Source of the DNA: PS1 clade bacterium
GTDB taxonomy: Bacteria > Pseudomonadota > Alphaproteobacteria > RS24
Direction: 5' to 3'
Length of the DNA stretch: 64,000 bases
Assembly: GCA_003331985.1 (NCBI GenBank)
Contig: QOQK01000003.1
Coordinates: 808-64,807, forward strand
Below the pieces are notes generated by a model. The model searched no databases. It worked only from the letters and a program-made list of their open reading frames with translations, and had not been told where the DNA came from. Numbering within the stretch: the stretch's first letter is position 1; the number at the start of each line of letters is the position of its first letter. The translations under genes and the position numbers were made by a program. Shown here piece after piece: positions 28,601-35,636 of the stretch.

Positions 28601-30031
28601 ATGACTCCATTCGCCAAGCTCGGGCTGTCTAATCAGCTTACTAAGACCCTTGAAAAATCAGGATATAACAAGCCGACACCTATACAGCTGCAGGTTATCC
28701 CGCTTATGCTTCAGGGCTACGACATTGTTGGAATTGCACAGACGGGTACCGGCAAAACAGCAGCTTTTGTTCTGCCGCTATTGGAACGCTTAAAAGCCAA
28801 TCAAAATAAGGCTATACCTAAACATTGTGGAGCGCTGATTATTGTGCCAACGCGTGAATTAGCAAAACAGATTGATGATAATATCGACAAATATGGCGCC
28901 AGCACATATCACCAACGTGCTTGTATCGTCGGTGGCATGAAATATCCGAGGCAGATTAAACGCCTCAATCAGGGGCTTGATATTTTGGTGGCAACGCCCG
29001 GGCGTCTCGAAGATCATTTGAAATCCGGCAATCTGTCACTGGCTAAAACAGAGACAATTATTCTCGATGAAGCCGATCAGATGTTAGACCTTGGTTTCTT
29101 TCCGGCTATTCGCCGTATTGTCAAACAAGCGCCTAAGGCACGACAGACTGTGCTTTTATCTGCGACTATGCCGAAGCCCATTCGGGCCCTGGCGGCGGAA
29201 CTTTTGGACAATCCGCGTGATGTTGCCGTTACCCCGCAATCAACGCCGGTTGAACGTATTGAGCAGGCGGTCATGTTGATGGACAAGCCTGAAAAACGTC
29301 CGTTTTTATTGCAGGCTTTAAAAAATCAGTTTCGAACGATTATTTTTACTCGTACTAAGCACGGCGCCGATCAGTTAGTGAAATATCTCTTAAAACAGGG
29401 CGTCACGGCCTCAGCCATTCACGGCAATAAGAGCCAAAATGCCCGTCAGCGAACTTTGGATGCGTTTCGTAAAGGGGAGGAACATATTCTCATTGCAACC
29501 GACATTGCTGCGCGGGGTATTGATATTCCCGATGTTTCTTTAGTTGTTAATTATGATGTGCCGACCACGCCGGAAGCTTACGTGCACCGCATCGGTCGTA
29601 CAGCTCGTGCTGGGCGTGATGGGCGCGCCATTACGCTCTGTGCGCCTGAGGAACGAAAACATCTGTGCGATATTGAAAGGCTTATCAAAATCAAATTGCC
29701 GATTGAAAATGCGCAAGTCGGCGAAATTGATGAAAATGCTTACAATCCCATGAAGGCTTTAGCGAAACCTGTTGCAAAACCTGTTTCGAAAAGTAGGCCT
29801 AAAAAGCATCGCAAAGGTGGTTCAACAGAGAGAACTGAAAAAAAGTCCGACCGCGAATGGTTTGACAAAAAGCGTAAACCGAAAGTCAGAAAACCTGCCG
29901 GGCGCCGAAAGGCAGAAGCTGGTAAAAACTCTAATGGTGGTCAACAGCACAAAAGGGGTGATCAGCCGCGCAAAAAAGGTGGCAATAAAAACCCACCGCG
30001 TGGCCCTGCCAGAAACCGCGCCCACGATTAA
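28601..30031 (+). CDS. DEAD-box RNA helicase, RhlE-like
   Basis: Q motif PTPIQ, AQTGTGKT, PTRELA, DEAD, SAT, ARGID and HRIGRTAR, plus a basic C-terminal tail. Confidence 0.93.
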   Translation: MTPFAKLGLSNQLTKTLEKSGYNKPTPIQLQVIPLMLQGYDIVGIAQTGTGKTAAFVLPLLERLKANQNKAIPKHCGALIIVPTRELAKQIDDNIDKYGASTYHQRACIVGGMKYPRQIKRLNQGLDILVATPGRLEDHLKSGNLSLAKTETIILDEADQMLDLGFFPAIRRIVKQAPKARQTVLLSATMPKPIRALAAELLDNPRDVAVTPQSTPVERIEQAVMLMDKPEKRPFLLQALKNQFRTIIFTRTKHGADQLVKYLLKQGVTASAIHGNKSQNARQRTLDAFRKGEEHILIATDIAARGIDIPDVSLVVNYDVPTTPEAYVHRIGRTARAGRDGRAITLCAPEERKHLCDIERLIKIKLPIENAQVGEIDENAYNPMKALAKPVAKPVSKSRPKKHRKGGSTERTEKKSDREWFDKKRKPKVRKPAGRRKAEAGKNSNGGQQHKRGDQPRKKGGNKNPPRGPARNRAHD

Positions 30032-30157
30032 AATAAGCATTCGCGCCAGTAATTTCGCATCATTTAATCCACTTTAATTAATCCGCACAGGCACAGTGTC
30101 TAATGTTTATCTTGGTTCATTAGCGCTTTATAACTAATTTCATAAGGGGGGTTTTTT

Positions 30158-31291
30158 ATGAAAAAAGTTATGTTGCTTGGCGCGGGCGAATTGGGGCGTG
30201 AATTAACGATAAGTTTAAAACGCCTTGGCTGCACCGTGATTGCTTGCGACCGTTATGAAAATGCCCCGGCCATGCAGGTTTCCGATAAGGCCCTCGTCTT
30301 TGATATGCTGAATGAAGACAAATTACGTCAGCATATACTCTCCGTCGATCCAGATTTAGTGGTACCAGAAATTGAAGCCATCAATACGCAAGTGTTGCTT
30401 AATATGGAGTCAGACAGGGTCATTGTGCCTTCTGCCCGTGCAGTAGATTTAACGATGAACCGCGATCGTATTCGCGACCGTGCCGCCAAAATCGGATTGC
30501 CAACAGCAAAATATAGTTATGCGGAGAACATCGATCAAATGCTGGCGCAATATCAAGATATGGGTTGTAAGGTCGTGGTCAAGCCGGTGATGAGTTCCTC
30601 GGGAAAGGGACAATCCACTGTTGGGCCTGGTGATACTAAGGCTGCTCAGCAAGCCTGGCATTATGCTGTTGATAATATGCGTGGCGACCGCCCAAAAGTA
30701 ATTGTCGAGGAATTTATCGAATTTGATTATGAGATTACGCTCCTTACCATTCGCCAAAAAAATAACGACACTGTTTATTGTCCGGTTTTGAAACATCAGC
30801 AGGTTGACGGCGACTTCAAAATCAGTGAGCAGGGCACTTTTGACATGGGCGCACTTGAGGATAAAGCGCAAGCGATGGCCAAACATATGACGGATGATCT
30901 AGGTGGCTATGGCCTCTTCGGGGTTGAGTTTTTTATTCGTGGTGACGATGTGATTTTCTCTGAACTTAGTCCACGCCCGCATGATACCGGCTTGTTGACG
31001 CTCTACACCCAAGATTTATCTGAGTTTGATTTGCATGCCCGTGCGATTTTAAACTTACCTATTGCCGAAATAAAGATTTTGCGTCCCGGCGCCTGCCATA
31101 CAATTAATGCTGAACAGGCGAGTGACGATTATGCTATTATCGGTCTGGCCGAAATAGAAGGCGTGAGGGGGGTTGAAACTATGTTGTTCGGTAAACCTGA
31201 TGCCTACCCTAATAGAAGATTGGGCATTATATTTGCCCCCGATGTCGAAACGGCTATAGCTGCGCGTGCAAAAATTTCTATTAGCTATTAG
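30158..31291 (+). CDS. purT: Formate-dependent GAR transformylase PurT
   Basis: LLGAGELGRE, DRYENAPAMQV, KPVMSSSGKGQS and SPRPHDTG. Confidence 0.95.
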   Translation: MKKVMLLGAGELGRELTISLKRLGCTVIACDRYENAPAMQVSDKALVFDMLNEDKLRQHILSVDPDLVVPEIEAINTQVLLNMESDRVIVPSARAVDLTMNRDRIRDRAAKIGLPTAKYSYAENIDQMLAQYQDMGCKVVVKPVMSSSGKGQSTVGPGDTKAAQQAWHYAVDNMRGDRPKVIVEEFIEFDYEITLLTIRQKNNDTVYCPVLKHQQVDGDFKISEQGTFDMGALEDKAQAMAKHMTDDLGGYGLFGVEFFIRGDDVIFSELSPRPHDTGLLTLYTQDLSEFDLHARAILNLPIAEIKILRPGACHTINAEQASDDYAIIGLAEIEGVRGVETMLFGKPDAYPNRRLGIIFAPDVETAIAARAKISISY

Positions 31292-31507
31292 GCCTATGCC
31301 GGCAGTAAAGTATATAAAATCCGAAAGATTGTTTCATCAAAATTTTAATACTAGAAGAGACTTAAGCTAAATAATTTATTAATAAATTGTTCCTAATTAA
31401 TTATGATTGGTTCTGAATAACTTTTAAGTAGGTCTTATATGCTTCTAAATTGAATACATTTTGAAAAAATATTGACAATCTAATTTTCATCTGTTTTACA
31501 TTCTGGA

Positions 31508-31786
31508 ATGAGGCAACTATCTAAAAAAATAAAATTATTTTTCATATTAAGCTTCATTTTTGCGAGTTTACACACCCACAATCATGAAGAACATCATGAA
31601 CATGAAGCAAACGAAGATAATTTTGAAATAAACTGTCTTCTCTGTGATTTAGTTAAAAAATCGACTGTAGATGTTAAGGTTTTTTTATCAAATTATCACA
31701 TTGAGATTTTGGTTCCCTCCTTCACATTTTACAAATCATCAAACACCACAAGTTTTTATCCCAGAGGTCCGCCAATACTCCTTTAG
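31508..31786 (+). CDS. His-rich DUF2946/CruR-like upstream ORF with CxxC and C-terminal RGPP motif
   Basis: Hydrophobic N-terminus, HTHNHEEHHEHE, CLLC, and ends YPRGPPILL; 37 nt before a TonB-dependent receptor. Confidence 0.75.
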   Translation: MRQLSKKIKLFFILSFIFASLHTHNHEEHHEHEANEDNFEINCLLCDLVKKSTVDVKVFLSNYHIEILVPSFTFYKSSNTTSFYPRGPPILL

Positions 31787-31823
31787 TTAATAAAAAAAAT
31801 ATATTTGTTTTAGGAGAAATTTT

Positions 31824-33959
31824 ATGAAAGCTTTTAAATGGGCAGTAGTTCTGCTCTTAACTTCTGTGTTTGAAACAAGTCTGTCAGCACAGGAAATTAA
31901 TGAGATTATTGTATACAGCAACCCTTATAAAAAATCGGTTGATAAAGTAATTTCAACAGTAGATATTTTGGACCAAGATGAAATTAGTTCATCTTCAGAT
32001 TTATCCTTAGGTTCATTATTGGCAAAATTGCCTGGCTTAGATAGTTCAGGTTATGGGCCCTCAGTTGGCCAGCCAATCATTCGTGGCCTTGGTGGTTTCA
32101 GAATTGGTGTGCTAAATAATGGAATGTCCACAGGTGATATAGCTTACACTGGCGATGATCACTCTAACGGCGTTCCAATACATAATCTTGAAAGAATTGA
32201 AGTGTTGAAAGGACCGGCTACCCTTCGCTATGGTCCTTACTCATCGTCAGGTGTGGTTAATAGTTTTAACAAACTTATGACATCTGGTGAAAATGAAACC
32301 TCACTGACATTAGGATATGGTGACTCGGCTGATGAAAATTCAGCTTCGTTGTTTACTAGAATGGGGAATTTTGCCCTTTCAGCTTATTATGAAGATGCCG
32401 ATAACATGAGAATTCCTACTCATGCTGAAAGTGTGGCTCAGCTTCAATCAGAAGGTGAGGAAATACCTGCTGACAGATCTCAAGATGCTGAAAATACTTT
32501 TGGGGAAAATCAAGGTATTTCATTTGGTGGTAATTTTGGAAATGATAGAACCACTCTTTCATTTTTGATTGCCGCGGATGATAAAACCTATGGAGTGCCT
32601 GGTCATTCCCACGGTCATGGTGAAGACCACGATGGAGATGATCATGATGGAGATGATCATGATGGTGAGGAACATGGTGAAGAAGAGTCAGTTCAAATTG
32701 ACTCAGAACATCGGACTTTCCAGGCTCGATTAAGTCATGATTTGTCTGGAAATTTGTTCAATTCTATCCGCGCTGATTTATCTCATTCTTCATTTGAGCA
32801 AGAGGAAATGGAGGGTGCTGAGACTGGCATCCAATATGAACAAGACGAAAGTAACTTTCGCGTGGAGGCCTCAGCAAATATTGGTAACTGGCAGACAACC
32901 TTTGGCTCTAATTATAGAGATATGGATTTAAAAGTTATCTCTGAGTCTCACGATGATGGAGATGGAGATGGAGATGGAGATGGAGATGGAGATGGAGATG
33001 GTCATGGTCATGGGCAGTATTTGCCTGAAAGTGACAGATCTGAAATTGGTCTATTTTTCCTATCCCAGCTTGAAAATGAAAGCTGGTTAATTGAACTCGC
33101 TGGTAGATATGACTCTATCGAACAAGAAGCTTTCAGAGAAGAGCATGACGATGATGACGACGATGAGGGTGATCACGGAGACGAAGACCATGAAAGTCAT
33201 GGAGCCATTGATCATAATTTAACTAACTTATCTATTGGCTTGGCCAAAAAATTCGATGGCGGACTTTTATTTGGTGGTTCTTTATCTCATACAGAAAGAG
33301 CGCCTTCTCAGGTTGAATTGTTCGCAGGTGGTAAACATGTTGCAGCTCAACGAGAAGAATTTGGTGATGAAGACTTAAATAAAGAGAAAAGTCTTAGCAC
33401 TGAAATATATCTTCGAAAAAAATGGGGAGACTCAAGTTTAAGACTCGCCATTTTTGATAATGATTATGAAGATTTTATTTATCTTCAAAAAAGAGCTGGA
33501 TCAGAGGACGAATTCGACTTTCTTCAGCAAGATGCAGAAATCTCTGGTCTGGAGTTTTCTTATGATACTTCGGTTAATTTTTCTGAGTATAAATTATTAA
33601 CTTCGTTAAGATATAGTTTGATTGAAGGAGAGCTGGATAATGGCAGCAATCTTCCACGAATACCTCCCGAAAAACTGATGCTTGGTCTGTCAAGTAAAGT
33701 TGGCGAGGTACTCTATAAAGTTGATTTTACTCATAATTCAAAACAAGATGATATTGGTCTAAATGAATTGCCCACTGATAGCTTCACGCAAGTTGATTTA
33801 GGTGCTGAGTGGACTCCTTCATCATTTAATGGATTAAAAGTGTCAGCTTTAATTCGTAACGCGACGGATGAAGAAATTAGACGGCATACTAGCGCTATTA
33901 AAGATCTAGTGCCAGAGTCAGGAAGAGATATCAGACTTTCTTTAGGATTTAGTTTCTAA
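31824..33959 (+). CDS. TonB-dependent receptor, ZnuD-like, with His/Asp-rich loops
   Basis: Signal peptide; plug motifs GQPIIRGLGG and RIEVLKGPATLRYG; YGVPGHSHGH, ERAPSQVELFAGGKHVA, LPRIPP and IRRHTSAIKD; C-terminal Phe. Confidence 0.9.
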   Translation: MKAFKWAVVLLLTSVFETSLSAQEINEIIVYSNPYKKSVDKVISTVDILDQDEISSSSDLSLGSLLAKLPGLDSSGYGPSVGQPIIRGLGGFRIGVLNNGMSTGDIAYTGDDHSNGVPIHNLERIEVLKGPATLRYGPYSSSGVVNSFNKLMTSGENETSLTLGYGDSADENSASLFTRMGNFALSAYYEDADNMRIPTHAESVAQLQSEGEEIPADRSQDAENTFGENQGISFGGNFGNDRTTLSFLIAADDKTYGVPGHSHGHGEDHDGDDHDGDDHDGEEHGEEESVQIDSEHRTFQARLSHDLSGNLFNSIRADLSHSSFEQEEMEGAETGIQYEQDESNFRVEASANIGNWQTTFGSNYRDMDLKVISESHDDGDGDGDGDGDGDGDGHGHGQYLPESDRSEIGLFFLSQLENESWLIELAGRYDSIEQEAFREEHDDDDDDEGDHGDEDHESHGAIDHNLTNLSIGLAKKFDGGLLFGGSLSHTERAPSQVELFAGGKHVAAQREEFGDEDLNKEKSLSTEIYLRKKWGDSSLRLAIFDNDYEDFIYLQKRAGSEDEFDFLQQDAEISGLEFSYDTSVNFSEYKLLTSLRYSLIEGELDNGSNLPRIPPEKLMLGLSSKVGEVLYKVDFTHNSKQDDIGLNELPTDSFTQVDLGAEWTPSSFNGLKVSALIRNATDEEIRRHTSAIKDLVPESGRDIRLSLGFSF
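32955..33014 (+). repeat. In-frame hexanucleotide microsatellite (GATGGA)7 plus variants, encoding (DG)8(HG)2
   Basis: Read directly from the sequence; a related imperfect 15-bp repeat encodes DHDGD units near 32625-32670. Confidence 0.9.
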
Positions 33960-33975
33960 ATCTCATTACACTAAA

Positions 33976-34010
33976 ATGGGCGAGGTAGTTTATCTATCTC
34001 GCCCAAATTT
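33976..34010 (+). terminator. Hairpin after the TonB-dependent receptor, probable terminator
   Basis: TGGGCGAGGTAG-TTTAT-CTATCTCGCCCA followed by an AT-rich run. Confidence 0.65.
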
Positions 34011-34130
34011 ATTAATATAATTGATAAATTAAGTTGTTTATTTTTTCAGTATGAATATTTGATAAAATTAAAAAAAACAAAATTTCATATATACTCATAA
34101 AATAATTTATTCAAAAATAGAGTGCTTAAA

Positions 34131-34604
34131 ATGACAATTAATGAAGGTACCCTTTATCAGGCACGCCATGATTGGGGATTAGGGATATTAAAAATCTCTG
34201 AGGCTTATGAAAACTCAGGTATTGATAAAGCCAAAATAGTAGCAAACGAATTTCTCGAAAATTTATACGGGTTTGAGTTTGGACCCATTCTTTTTAAACC
34301 CACATTGAGTGGGGGAAGTACAACTTTTAGGCCAAGTAAAGAGGGAGCATTATCATACTTTATTGCTGGGAACCCTGATTATCCAAATGATACAGGGTTT
34401 GGTTTAAAAAATTGGAGAAAAATTGAGTCAGATACCTCTGCAATTTTTATTGAACAAAATGTTGCTATGTGGATAGGCTGGGTCACATTTATTAATAATA
34501 ATGGTGATGAAGTGAAGGTGGATAAAAGCTGGGGTTATCGGATAAATGATGAGGGTTCATTAAAAATTGTTCTCCACCACTCGTCTTTGCCATATGAAAA
34601 ATAG
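34131..34604 (+). CDS. COG4337-like (iota-class, metal-independent) carbonic anhydrase, NTF2-like fold
   Basis: LFKPTL, GALSYF, D.GF..K.W and C-terminal LHHSSLPY match the motifs I recall for the COG4337 family; no signal peptide. Confidence 0.72.
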   Translation: MTINEGTLYQARHDWGLGILKISEAYENSGIDKAKIVANEFLENLYGFEFGPILFKPTLSGGSTTFRPSKEGALSYFIAGNPDYPNDTGFGLKNWRKIESDTSAIFIEQNVAMWIGWVTFINNNGDEVKVDKSWGYRINDEGSLKIVLHHSSLPYEK

Positions 34605-35614
34605 TGAGTTTTAAAAAAGGCTATATGGAATTCAATCACAATTTTGCTGATATTAATGATCTAAGGATGCACTTCGTTGAACATAGCACGCCTTCTAAAA
34701 AAAATATTCCCGTGGTGCTTTGTCACGGTTTCCCTCATACATGGTTTAGTTGGCATAGACAACTACCTGCACTTTCAAATGCTGGTTGTAAAGTTCTTGC
34801 GCCTGATATGCGTGGAATGGGAGAGACGAGCGTACCCAAAGATATTAGTGCTTACGACGTAGACACAATTTGCAGAGATTTAACAGGACTATTAGATTAC
34901 TTAGAAATTGATAAAGCAGTTTTCGTAGGCCTTGATTTTGGTGCTTTTGCAATTTACGACTTGGCATTGCGTTTTCCAGAGCGAGTAATTGCAGTTATTG
35001 GTCTAGAAAACCCAGCTGCCCCGCATAACCCAAATAAACCTCCTCTTGCAGAATATCGTGAAATGGGGGCAGATCATTTTCTTCACATCAATTATTTTTG
35101 CGAGAAAGTTGGACGAGCGGATGATGATTTACTTGTAAGGATAGATGAGTTTTTTCCAAAAGTTTTTTGGGCTCTAAGTGGAGAGGGAAATTATTTTGAT
35201 ACCTTCAAGTTTCCAAAAGAAACACATTATATTGACGCATTAAATGATCCTCCATCCCTACCATGGAATTGGCTTAATATTGAGGAGATGCAAGTTTTTA
35301 TAGAGTCATATCGTAAATCAGGTTTTACTGGAGGGCTTAATTGGTATCGATCGATGGACATAAAATGGGAACAAAGAAAGCCTTATGAAAATGTTTCCAG
35401 TAATATTCCTGCATATTTTTTAGGAAGCGAAAATGATGTTGATTTGAAAGGTTTCCACGGTGACGATCCTATAAGTTTATTGCGTAAGCAATTTCCAAAT
35501 TTAAGAGCTGTAGAGATGGTTTCAAGTGCAGGGCATCTAGTTCAGCTTGAAAAATCTGAGGAGGTGAATACTGCTTTGGTTCGTTTTATTGATGATATTA
35601 GGGAAGAACTGTAA
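34604..35614 (+). CDS. Epoxide hydrolase (alpha/beta hydrolase, EphA-like)
   Basis: HGFP, APDMRGMG, GLDFGA nucleophile elbow, GGLNWYR and AGHLVQLE. Confidence 0.88.
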   Translation: MSFKKGYMEFNHNFADINDLRMHFVEHSTPSKKNIPVVLCHGFPHTWFSWHRQLPALSNAGCKVLAPDMRGMGETSVPKDISAYDVDTICRDLTGLLDYLEIDKAVFVGLDFGAFAIYDLALRFPERVIAVIGLENPAAPHNPNKPPLAEYREMGADHFLHINYFCEKVGRADDDLLVRIDEFFPKVFWALSGEGNYFDTFKFPKETHYIDALNDPPSLPWNWLNIEEMQVFIESYRKSGFTGGLNWYRSMDIKWEQRKPYENVSSNIPAYFLGSENDVDLKGFHGDDPISLLRKQFPNLRAVEMVSSAGHLVQLEKSEEVNTALVRFIDDIREEL

Positions 35615-35636
35615 ATTTGGAAATTCTGAGAACATA

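Noticed and set aside
31300-31823. Zur or Fur box upstream of the receptor cassette
   Set aside because: The region is AT-rich but has no clear palindrome matching the known consensus.
32955-33014. Tandem repeats as a possible CRISPR array
   Set aside because: Short in-frame microsatellites with no spacers; no cas genes in the window.
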